Assembly: GCA_000091205.1 (NCBI GenBank)
Contig: AP006486.2
DNA: 64,000 nt
Reading direction: 5' to 3' (one strand)
Origin: Cyanidioschyzon merolae
Lineage: Eukaryota
Below, in pieces: positions 33,655 to 44,400 of this stretch. Positions within the stretch are counted from its first letter, which is position 1. Each line of letters opens with the position of its first letter. Both the position numbers and the translations under genes were made by a program. The notes below the pieces were generated by a model, which saw only the letters and a list, made by a program, of their open reading frames with translations, did no database searches and was not told where the DNA came from.

Positions 33655-36286
33655 CGATCACGAGGCACGCCATACAGCAGCAATGCTGTAAATACTGGAG
33701 TGCGCCGGGCGCTCCGTACCGCACAAGTGTATGGGCCGGCTGTCGAGGCTTGTTGTGAGCGATCAAAGACACAGTTCATGTCAGTGGTGTTTGTACGAGT
33801 CGGTGATGTAGGCGTTCTCGGGAGCGTTGACGGGAGGCCTGTTACATTGTCGGAGGTGGGTATTGAAGAGTGTTTTCGGAGCGGACGTGCGGGTCATGGA
33901 ACTTGACGGGTTTTTGGAATGCTTGACGAATATTTCTGATCACTGATGGCAAGTGCGGAGTCGCCGGGGAACCCGATCATTGCATGCGTTTTGTCCGGAT
34001 AAGGCGTACCCGGCAGGACGCAGGGTGCCTTGATGTGACTCGTGTGCGTTGTTAGGGAGGGCGTTTCGTCGATGGACAGCGACTACAGCAGCGGTGCAGC
34101 CCGTGTTGCGCTAGGCGTCGACGTGAGGCTCAGTAGCCGGAAAATGATCGCTGGATCAAGAGTCGATACTCAGCGAAACGGTCGGTCTGGAGCTAGCGGA
34201 TCTTTTTGGGGTATCCAGAGCGATTCAGTGGTCTTTTGCATTGATTGCCGATTACCATCTGCTATCCTGGGGATTCTGGGTAAGTTCAACGGGCGTGCAT
34301 CGACAATACAGTCCTGGAGTGTGCTTCGGGTGTCGCTGCGCGCCGCTGCCTGCGATGCACGTGTCGCTGCGACGCAAGACAGCGAACACGAGCACTCGGA
34401 AGCGCGACGTCAACAGGCATCGAAGCGAGCACCTCGTTGCAGTCATAGAGCCATGAGTTGCGACCATGCTGGTGCAGATGCAGCGTACAAAAAAAGGCAC
34501 CAGGTCAGCTTCATTGACTTGGCAGAAGCGCATGAGCAAGCGAGCCCGCACCAATGCCCATGCCCGAATGCGCTCTCGCTATACTCGGGTTCGGTGGACA
34601 TGGAATGCGGCATCGCTTGCGCTGTTCCTGCCTTTTGATTTCTTTGAAACGCTCGTCGATGTGCAGCATCGGTATCCAAGGTGTGGCAATAAGAGCTTAC
34701 GTATTTATAGATATTGCTTGAGGCTCCGGTTCCTGTTTTCGGAATCGATGGTACGAATCTTCGCAGCTAGACTAGGCTACTTCCCCAGAATCTATGTATT
34801 TGGCGACGCTGTCGAACAAGTGTTCCTAAAATGGCCGAAATCTGCATCCTGTTCATCATTAAAATCTCCCATTCCTCTCATATGCACACGTGTAGCACCC
34901 TCAAATGATGCCGTCTTCAAGAAGTATATCCGAAATCTTCATCCAATTCATCATGAAAAGCTTTCGCGCTTCTCGTTTCTTTACGAGTATCATCCCCAAA
35001 TCATGCATTTTTCAAGTTTCCGATCTTTTTCCGGTCCGAGGAAGCTCATATGCTCAACGATTGAATGCAGCTGGATTCATGAGGAAACATATTCGACGGC
35101 TCCCGCTGACCACTTTAGGCGTTCATGGAGGAAACCTAGCAATCGCTTCCAATGGACACTAGGTCGACGTTGTGCATGAAGGCGACGTAGACGGACCAGC
35201 ATGTATAGACTCATTTGCTCGCCTGGATTTTTCTTGCAGAACTTGTTTCATCATGGACAAAATCTCGTTCCGCACATCCTCTTCCGGATCGAACAGCATG
35301 GGCTCGCGCACGCACCAGACAGAGTACCCGCCGAGGGTATCGCGCGGAAGAAGCCCCTGATCGTCAGGACCGGCAGCGGGTGCGAAAACCGAAGAGGTCG
35401 GCATCGAACGTAGCCTCTTATACCCGTCCAGGGCATGTCAAGAGAAATGAAGCAAGCGTCCGCGCGCCATAGCGCGGCGCTTGGAGAATCATGCCTCTTG
35501 GACATGCGGGCTTTCCTGATCACAATCAAGCATCACTGCTGCGAAAGGCGCAGCGCGGCGGTGCACAAAGGGCATGGAAACGGAAAGCAGGACATAGATC
35601 GCAGCTTTCGACTGTCGATGAAATTCGGTGATAACTGCTGGATACTACTTCTTCGGGACTTGAACGGAACCATCGGCATCCTCCAACTGTTAAGAACAGA
35701 GCTCTATGGAAAGAAGAACCCGTCGTATTTACACCTGGAGATAAAAGAGAGGAGAGCGCCTGCCGAGACTGGTGTTAGTGACTCTCTGGGAAGCATCGCG
35801 AGCTCTCGTGCGAACGCGCTAATGCGCTGCATCGACCTGCTCCATCAGATGCCGACATACGTGTAGCACAAACACCACGCAGCTCAGTACCAGCACGACA
35901 TACCCAAAGCTCGGTACGTACCTTCACCTGTTGGTGCTCAATGCAGCTCGAGTCGTCGCCAACGCCTTCCGAATACGCCTTGTGCCAAGGCAGATGCACC
36001 TGCCTCCACCAGCAGCTCCGGAAACGATGCGGCGCGCGCTGATCGCCGTGCGTGTGTGCGTGCGAGCATGCGAGCGTGCGTGCGTGATTGCATGCGTGCA
36101 CGGCGGTAATCGCGCCTCCGTGAACCAGCCACAGCGTCGGATTCGATCGCCGCGCGGCTGCATTCACGGAAATCGCCTGATCAACAGCATTGTTCTGCGC
36201 TGGGCGTGCTACCCGATCGGTGCGACGGTGAATACGCTGGTGCTCCAGTCGCTCGCTTTCGTTTCACTCGTAACCAATCAGTATCC

Positions 36287-37357
36287 ATGCCAAGTGACGG
36301 ATTTTGTTTCGTCAGTACTTGGTCGGGCGTGCATGCTGTGCGGACGCCGCAGCGACCGGTGTGCGGGTCCGTCGGACACGCGATACCACGTCACCGACTC
36401 TGGAGACGACGTGCAGGCGTACTTGGCACGCAAGCGAGTACAGTGCGCTCAGAGGGCACAGTCTCCGTGACAGCACCGCGTCGTCAGCAGGGTCTCATTC
36501 AGCACAAACGAGAAGCCTTCTGGTTCTATCGTTTTCTCTCCCTCGTCTATGATACGGTCGTGAATCCCTTTCACTGGACGACTGAGATGCGCGACGCATC
36601 CCTGCGTCAAGCAGGTTTGGAAGAGGGGCGCGGGCGTCCTGACTTTAAAGTGCTTGATGTTGGTGGAGGAACAGGTTTCTGTACGGAGGGTATCGTGCAG
36701 TACGTTTCGCCGAGTCAAGTAACGCTGCTGGACCAGTCGCCACACCAGATGCAAGTTGCAAAGCGCAAGCCGAGTCTCCAGGGCGTAACGTTCGTCCAGG
36801 GCGACGCTGAAGCACTCGCTTTCCCAACTGACTCGTTTGACCGCGTCGTCTCGGCGGGCTCGATCGAGTATTGGCCAGAGCCGCAGCGCGGCATCGCTGA
36901 AGCGTACCGCGTGCTAAAACCTGGCGGCTTGGCGACGATCATTGGGCCGGTACGCGCAACCAACCCAGTTAGTCGCTTTTTTTGTGACTTGTGGATGCTT
37001 TTCCCCATGGAAGAGGAGTATCGTGTATGGTTCACTCGTGCCGGCTTTACCGATCTCAAGGTTTCCTACATAGGCCCGCCAGCATACAAAGGTATTCGGC
37101 AGCATGGGTTGATCATGGGGCTAACCATCACTGGTCGCAAACCAGCGCCAGGGGAGGCGAAAATCCAGCTGGGTCCCATGCGGGAGCGGTTGGATCAGTC
37201 GAAACCGATGTCACTGGGAGAGCGCTTGATATTCTTGGCGCGATGGATCCTTGGATGTATCGCTGGATTTTACTACTTTGTGCTTCCATTTGCGATCATG
37301 TTGTATGCCGCCATCTTCATTCGAGACTCAAAACGCGCCAACAAGGAAGCTGCTTAG
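36287..37357 (+). CDS. VTE3: MPBQ/MSBQ methyltransferase (VTE3/APG1; chloroplast inner-envelope 37-kDa protein E37 family): SAM-dependent methyltransferase of plastoquinone/tocopherol synthesis with a ~65-aa N-terminal presequence
   Basis: LIQHKREAFWFYRFLSLVYDTVVNPFHWTTEMRD...VLDVGGGTGFCTEGIV...VTLLDQSPHQMQVAKRK...GDAEALAFPTDSFDRVVSAGSIEYWPEPQRGIAEAYRVLKPGGLATIIGPV...FFCDLWMLFPMEEEY..WF..AGF.D...YIGP.AYKGIRQHGLIMG...TG.KPA.GE...QLGP is near-colinear with plant VTE3 from the mature N-terminus to the C-terminal TM helix. First ATG at 36287 (track start 36206 is GTG). Confidence 0.85.
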   Translation: MPSDGFCFVSTWSGVHAVRTPQRPVCGSVGHAIPRHRLWRRRAGVLGTQASTVRSEGTVSVTAPRRQQGLIQHKREAFWFYRFLSLVYDTVVNPFHWTTEMRDASLRQAGLEEGRGRPDFKVLDVGGGTGFCTEGIVQYVSPSQVTLLDQSPHQMQVAKRKPSLQGVTFVQGDAEALAFPTDSFDRVVSAGSIEYWPEPQRGIAEAYRVLKPGGLATIIGPVRATNPVSRFFCDLWMLFPMEEEYRVWFTRAGFTDLKVSYIGPPAYKGIRQHGLIMGLTITGRKPAPGEAKIQLGPMRERLDQSKPMSLGERLIFLARWILGCIAGFYYFVLPFAIMLYAAIFIRDSKRANKEAA

Positions 37358-38292
37358 GACGCTGGCCGTGCAACGACACGATGCCTCTGGCCCTGGTTGC
37401 GCCGTCTGCGCCATGTGCATGATCCGGTTGGTGTGTGTGACGGACGCGATGCGGTTGCATCAGCACAGGGCGGATGTGATTCACGCGGCACCGTACGCAT
37501 GGTCAATCCTCGGTGCTGCGCTTGCGCGTGGCCGGCTCAGCGTTGGAACTTTCTACACGGCCGCGACGGGTACGAAATGCTCGCAGTGCATAATTTGAGC
37601 GACGAGTGAGTCTTGCGGTGCAGCTCACGAAGCTTCTGTGAATGGTATGCGACCCAGAAAACAGCGCCAGCGACCATGGCCTGCCTCTTGGCCAGGCGCA
37701 CATACGCGATTTGCTTTGCTGCAGACGCGCTCGTCGAAGAACTCGCGAATTGACTGACGATGGGCATCGCGTATAGTCGTACGCGCTTGTATTTTTGACT
37801 TTGAGACGACAAGCGAATCGTACCCCGAGTCCGGGGCGCACTGGATACGCACCATACCTGCCGCTGCTTCCGATGACATTGACGGCTGCGGTCGGCGAAC
37901 TTAACCTGAGTTCTCGGAGCGCGCCACCAGCCAATAGGTCCCCTGATTTTCGTGGTGTAAACGCACCGTTGACCATATTGCAATACTAAGATGTGTTTGA
38001 TTGACCGAACAACTGCGGAGAGCGTGCGCAGCATTGGCCTCAGACAGCGGATTGATCGCAGGAAACCCATCTGCAGCCTCTGCGGAAATCCGAGTCGTTC
38101 GAGACACCCCAAACAACGGTAACGATAACGTATTCAGGACAAGGAAACGACGGTTGGTATGTTCGACGATGACGCTAGTGAAATTTACGACTCTGTCTTT
38201 ACGAGCACGCGCTCGAAACTAGTGCGTCTTGCGCTTCAGCGGTGAGCGCTCGGAGACGGATCCCGCGAGCCGCCGTTGTGCCCAGCGTCCGC

Positions 38293-38733
38293 TCACTGTG
38301 CCAACTGGTTACGCAAATCTTCGAGCGCGTCCCGCAGCTCTCCCATATGCTGTTGCTGCTCCTCGATCCGCTGTAACAAGTAGTCCAGGTAACGCACAAC
38401 TGGCTCTCCAGATGCGGGCGGATTCCAGGACTCCAGCGGCTTCCTTCTGCCGTCTGTTGCTGGTGCACGTCCTCCGACACCATTTTTCGTCGGTGTCACC
38501 ACTTCGTAGCGCCCCGCTGCGTGAAACTGGGCGTCGAAGTGAGGCTTGCAGAACAATGTCCCACTGATCTGGGCATAAGTGCCGAGCGCGAGCTTCTTGT
38601 TGCAGGTGTGACAACGGAAACAGTTCGCGTGGTAAATACGACCATCTGTAGCTATCCTCTCAGCAGCGTAGACGGTCTTGTTACAAAGACAACAAACTTC
38701 GGACGAACCTCCGTAGATCATGGCGCTCGTCAT
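38293..38733 (-). CDS. Small LIM-domain protein with a C-terminal coiled-coil
   Basis: CCLCNKTVYAAERIATDGRIYHANCFRCHTCNKKLALGTYAQISGTLFCKPHF fits the LIM pattern C-x2-C-x17-H-x2-C-x2-C-x2-C-x17-C-x2-H; ...YLDYLLQRIEEQQQHMGELRDALEDLRNQLAQ is coiled-coil-like. First ATG at 38733. Confidence 0.55.
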   Translation of the reverse strand: MTSAMIYGGSSEVCCLCNKTVYAAERIATDGRIYHANCFRCHTCNKKLALGTYAQISGTLFCKPHFDAQFHAAGRYEVVTPTKNGVGGRAPATDGRRKPLESWNPPASGEPVVRYLDYLLQRIEEQQQHMGELRDALEDLRNQLAQ

Positions 38734-40658
38734 AGCGGGAGTCGGTGAAGCGTTCAGGTTGAAGACAGCGGGGATTTCAAATTGAAGGAGAAAGGCCAAA
38801 CGGCTAGCAACATCGCGAACATCGATCACGAAAATGGACACGTGTCCGCGCGCATTGCACAGGATGCGCGTGATGTTTTTTCATGGACAAAACGATTCCA
38901 TAGGCCAGCGTTCTCCGATGATGCGCATTTTTCTTTTCTTACTTTTTTTGTGTATTTTTTTTCAGTGTGCGATGAGATATCCATCAAACCCCTACACTCA
39001 AGTTACATTACCCAGACTTTTTCTCGGATATTCTGGTCGTTTCATACGTCCTATCGTGTGTGCTTAGAGCCTGCAGTTCCGTATTCGCCTTTGCACCTTA
39101 ACCGCTGGAGCTGATAGTTCATAGAGCTAGAACGGCTTTTCTATACCACAGAGGGCGTCGGCTCGAGGCGTGCTTCACCCGACGTAGAATCGGGTCTCGT
39201 CGTCAGTTTGTGCTCGGACAGTCTGCAGGCGCAAACTTGCCTTCGCTGCACGACACGCTGGAGAAACTTCGCTGTTAGAATGAATCCTGGGAGCCGCCTC
39301 TCTCCTTCGTGATCATGCATGGAATGCGTTGTTGTCGGTTGGCAATGCGGGTTTGTGCTTGACGCTCACCACAGTGGATAGGCGCAGAAAGCGCACTGGG
39401 CCCGTGTGCGTATCCGATTCGCTGGACCTTTTGCATAGAAGGTAGCATGCGCGTGATGGGCGCTCCCTCGACTGCCGCCACCGTCGTCGCGTGTGCGATC
39501 TGGAATCAGCGCTGTGGACTGGCGCTCTAGGGTCGATGCAGTATGTCTGCCTGCTTGCCTGGCTGCCTGCCTGTTGAAGCACGGGTACGCATGCGATAAC
39601 GCTGCCACTAGGGCCGTGATACTCGTGCTCGTGCACAGCCTGTCTTTTTTTGCTATTCTTATGTACTGGAGTAGCGCCGAGGAGAACGCTTCGTGCCGCC
39701 GATCTCGGTGACAAGGTGCACTATAGGTGCTCGCGTGAAGCTGGGCAGGTTCGCGCACCGCAGCGGCGCCTCGCAGCAGGCACGAATAGAGACGATCACC
39801 AGCAGCTGATGACGTGATGGAACTCGAGTGCGTATGAGTTCCTTCGGCTGTCTTCGATAGGTTTTGCCGTCATCGGCAGCTATGTGGTCCGCGATGAAAG
39901 CAACTGTGCCGAGGAGTGCTGAGAACCCTGCGAGCGACAAAGCGCCCGCCAGCTCTTCACAAGCGGCGAACGAGCGGTCGAGCGAGCACGCCACAGACGA
40001 GGTTAGCTGGGTACGACGCCGCCAAGCCGACGTGGTCGAGGACGTTATGTACCGCGAGCGTATGACGCTTCGCGTGTGCGCGTTGGGTTTTGGTGCGTTC
40101 AGTAGAGTTCGTGGCGCACTGGTGATCCGCGATTGCCAGTATCAGAATAGACTGATAATTGGAACTTGTCAATCCGTTCCAGCCGCTTGATGTTTTATCG
40201 GAAATAGTTTACATGGACGGAACCGAGACTCGAAGCACAGCGATCGCGATAAGCGCCGAACGGTTCATTCATGTACACGGGATACTTTGTCGTTAGTCGG
40301 AATGGCTTGGTTGACACGTTGCCACCGGAGTAGTTTAGATCATCAGAACCAGATGATTCGGAACGCGCCCAAACAAAACTTCACAAAAGACCAATAATAT
40401 CCCTCGTATTTGTAGGCACGAGACTCCGCTGTCTTCCGTTGCTTACCCGTAGCATCTACACATCACGCATTCTTCAAGTTCTTGATCTTTCTATTTCAAG
40501 CCAACTCGTGAATGCAGTGACTCGCGCCGTTTTGGTGGACAAGGCATCAAACTCGACGTCGTCCATTGGTGAATGCTTCACGAGCTCATCCCGACTGTTC
40601 ACTGGACTAATATCGTCAAGTAAGTGATTGAGTTTGAAAGACCAATCCTCCTTTCGTT

Positions 40659-41006
40659 GTGGCTATCGACGAAGCTGCATTCCACAGTAGCATGATCCAT
40701 CGCCCGCAATATGCTACCAGGGGTTCCCGTCTCTTCTGCTCCGAAAGAAAACGGTCTTGGTTTTGGACTTTAGTCACCGCAGCGATCGCTTCTAGTCGAG
40801 CACTGGCTATCGTTGTGCGCGAAGGCAGCGTGGACGGATCACGATTCCTGGCCATGATCTCCAGCCTGGATATTCCTTCTGGTACGTGTTTCATCATGAA
40901 CAACATCGCGTTCCATGAACCCGCTGTCGGATGGATCAGCATAAGCTTTCACGCGCTGCAGACAGCGTTCTTGACGAGCGGATCGCACAGAATAAAAAGT
41001 CCATGA
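40659..41006 (+). repeat. Copy 1 of a dispersed ~0.3-kb element family with conserved coding potential (boxes AIDEAAFHSSM ... ISSL..SGTCFIMNN)
   Basis: Homologous over ~100 aa (same frame) and ~70-80% nt identity with 51524..51958(-). Box 1 is also present at 59385..59465(-) and 63772..63852(-). Confidence 0.45.
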
Positions 41007-43389
41007 TTATGGGGTACGGCACCGAGCGCTGATACGAGCGAGTGCATCTAGCGAAGCGTTCTGTACACAACAGGGGCGTGTTCCGAGCGTTGGTGCAAAC
41101 GTTCACGTGCCACTGGACCGAAATCGGACCGCAAGGTGTTGTCGCCAGATGGGAACACATGGCTCGAGTCGAGTGTCACCGCTGCGACCGGCGCGCCAGT
41201 GCTGGGCGCAAACGCGAAGCTGAGGAAGGCAAGCCACTCGTAGACCGCAACCACTGCACGGGCAGGAGAGGCGTCGAGCGCAGCAGCCGGTGGCTGTGAA
41301 ATCGGGACTTCATGTTGCCGTCAATGTCCTTTGACCTCTGACAAAGGAGCTGGAAAGGCAAGCGAGATCCGCGTATTTAAAGCCGGATACAAGCAAGAGA
41401 AGAAAGCCTACAACGCCTAGTGTTGATGTAAATATGGGAAGAACCCAAAAATTTAGCGTTCACACCCCTCTTGAGTAAGTGGACTTGTCCCTTTTTCTTC
41501 TGACACCGGTGCCATGTCCCCGAATCGATGCATCGAAAAGGATGCGCTCGGGTGCGAAAACGCTGCCCGGTACCCGATTTGAAGCCTTTTCCTGGACATC
41601 ATATCGGTATCCTCGGTGACTTGGAATGATGGAACAAAATAATCGTTTCCGGTGATTTTATATACGGCGCTTCAGCATAGTCCGTGGAAATGTCGCTCGA
41701 CGTTAGGCGACTGTATGCTGCGGAAGCATGCAACATTCCCGAATGATGCGCTTTGCATTGCAGACTTGATGTAAAACGCTTTGTCTCTGCGCACATTGTT
41801 ACTGATGGATTCACGTGAGAGGACGCCCCTCATGCTCGAGTTCCTCGCCATCGGACGCTCGACCCGCTTTTTCGTACACCATATGGGGCATGAGGCTCTG
41901 GTCCAAACCCGATATCTCTTCCGCTATCAGCATGAACCCGGGATCTTGAAGCGCATATGTTGTCCTGAATATGTATTGAAGGGATCCGTGCACCGTTGAT
42001 TCCTGCACTCGTTGGGCGCTCTCTTCGAAGGCACAGCCGTGCCGCCTTTTGCGTACGACAGCGTCACGGGACGTCACCGACCGATGAGACTTTTCGGTGA
42101 CGTTTTTATCCAGCTGAGCGAACAAATCATGGAATGCGCACTTGTCGCCTTCGTAGAACGGTAATTGTTGGCGAACCCAGTGCACCCTAATTTTTCCTAT
42201 GGAGACGTTGGGACACATACAGTCCGCCTGAATAAAGCGTACAAGGCATGGCCCTGTTCCCGGTACGATGCTCAGAGCGAGTCAAGATCAGACATCAAGC
42301 CGCCATTCCGCTTGTCGGTATGCGACCCGTTGTCCATTGTGCCCGAATCCCAACGACTCCAGTCCATGGGAAACTTATCCCGTATTGTTTCTCCTGGCTT
42401 GCGCATTGCTCGTGTTGTTGCACGCAGCATTCGGTCGATGCATTCCAAAACAATGTAGACAGCTACCAACCCTGCGTCTGGAACGACTACGAACGGTCCA
42501 GGGACATGCTGCGCCAAGGCCCGCGAAATCAGACGAGCCTTTATTGTGTTGGATGCAATGCAACGCTCCAGGATGCCCTGCATCTCACTGTTTGGTAGCT
42601 TCTCCCCGTCACGATGCTGATGTAGCCAGGCATGGAAAACGGCTGCTCGCTGGTATTGCCGCGCTCACAGGTTCTCGTTGCTCTCTCTTTGCGTCACGTT
42701 TTGGGTGCATCTGCTTCCGGTTTGCACGTTGGTTTTTCTCCTTCCCATATGCTCGGTGTGGGGGCATAGATGTAATCACTGTACTCTACAACCGTTTTCA
42801 TTCTCTGGTAGCAGTCGGACAGAGAGGACCACGGCATAAAAAACTATCTTTTCTGTGTACATACGTATCTGCTGGCTCTTAGGTGCCTTTTCATCGTCAT
42901 CTGCATAGCGACCGTACCCGCAAACCGAAGCAACGCTTCCGTTCAGCGTATGCGGAGGCTGAGAACCACGTGCTTACAGGAGCACTTGCGATACCTGCTC
43001 ATGCAACATCTATGAGATGGGACTCTCCGGAAACGGCAAAGCCGTTGCTCGTTATACCTCACGAGGCAAACAAGAGACCTCGCCCCGGGAGGTACGCTCT
43101 TGGTGCACGAGCGATACCCTGAGAGCAAAGCGCGTTGCTCCTGGTTGTGCCTGTGCTGGATGCGCGCTCACCCAGCTGCAGCTAGGCACGTCTCCCGTTG
43201 ACCTTTATCACTGTATCTCGTGTATCCGGTGCCTACCTCAAAGTCTTCCAAACTATTCAGGCAACTTCATTCCTGAAAGGCTATCTACCTACCAGTATGT
43301 CTACGTTTGCGCGAACATCACGTGCGCTGCTCGCTATCGCTCATCGATATCCGACGTCTTCCCGTTCCACACGTACCTAGAGACGATTC

Positions 43390-44340
43390 ATGGAAGCAGC
43401 AGTGGACTGGTATGACTTTTGGAACTATTATTACTTGGGCAAATACCAGGCTGCCAATGACGTGTGCACGACCCTACTAGAACCGAACCAGTGGCCTCGG
43501 TCGGTTCTCCTGGCAGTGATCCGTTTACGACTTGCGTTGCGCGACCTGGAAGGGATTCGCGCTCTCCGGAACCTAGTGAACGACACGTGGACCTCCTCGG
43601 TTATCCACGAGCTCATCGAGACACTCCAAAAAAACGTGCCTCCCATAGACGACGGGGAACGCTTGCGTTCGGTCGTGTTCGGAGACGGGTCAGCGCTCGA
43701 CGCGGTCGATGAAGCGGGACGGCTGCTAGCAGCGCTGGCGCTCCAACGAGCAGGCCTGTACCTGGACGCTCTCGAGACGCTGCCACTGTCTCGTTGCGAA
43801 AACGATGCGGAATCAAGAGCGTGTCGTATCTGTTTATGGTTGCACCTCAACCGGCTGGACCGGGCACAGCTCGAGCAACAGGCGCTTGAGCACTGGTTCG
43901 AGCGACAGCTCGCCGACGGCGATCAGCGTGCCGTCGGAACACTGGTACAGCTGAGCAGGGCAACGCTTGCGGTAGCTAGCAACGACGCTGAAGACGTCGC
44001 AATCGAAGCTGCGTTGCGTTCGTGCAGGGATCTCGCAGAGCGCTACGGGCCCTCGACGAAGCTACTGAACCTCACCTACTTGTGCCTGGTACGTCTGGGT
44101 CGTACCGAGGCATCCGAGAGCACACTGCAGCAGGCGATGAACCTGGATGCACAAGACCCGGATACCATGGCGAATACTGCTGCCAGTGCCGCGAAGACAT
44201 CGATGATGATGATGGCGTTTCCGGAAGCCGCAACAGCGACCCAGCGCCCTATCGAATATCTGCGCAAGTATGCCCCGTGGCATCCGTGGATTCGTGCTCA
44301 GGATGACTTTGAACGCAAGCTCCGGGGCTTGGCAACCTGA
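43390..44340 (+). CDS. COPE: Coatomer (COPI) subunit epsilon
   Basis: N-terminus WYDFWNYYYLGKYQAANDV vs human COPE LFDVKNAFYIGSYQQCINE. C-terminus HPWIRAQDDFERKL vs HPFIKEYRAKENDFDRL. TPR-like helical body, 316 aa. ATG verified at 43390. Confidence 0.7.
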   Translation: MEAAVDWYDFWNYYYLGKYQAANDVCTTLLEPNQWPRSVLLAVIRLRLALRDLEGIRALRNLVNDTWTSSVIHELIETLQKNVPPIDDGERLRSVVFGDGSALDAVDEAGRLLAALALQRAGLYLDALETLPLSRCENDAESRACRICLWLHLNRLDRAQLEQQALEHWFERQLADGDQRAVGTLVQLSRATLAVASNDAEDVAIEAALRSCRDLAERYGPSTKLLNLTYLCLVRLGRTEASESTLQQAMNLDAQDPDTMANTAASAAKTSMMMMAFPEAATATQRPIEYLRKYAPWHPWIRAQDDFERKLRGLAT

Positions 44341-44400
44341 GCATCCACTTTGCACGATTTCTTTGTGAGTGTTTGTGTGTTTAGCGGTGAGACGCAAGCC

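Noticed and set aside
33092-33691. 199-aa ORF ending in a (DDDNN)n acidic repeat
   Set aside because: Produced by reading the minisatellite in the opposite strand of the WD40 gene. No support outside the repeat.
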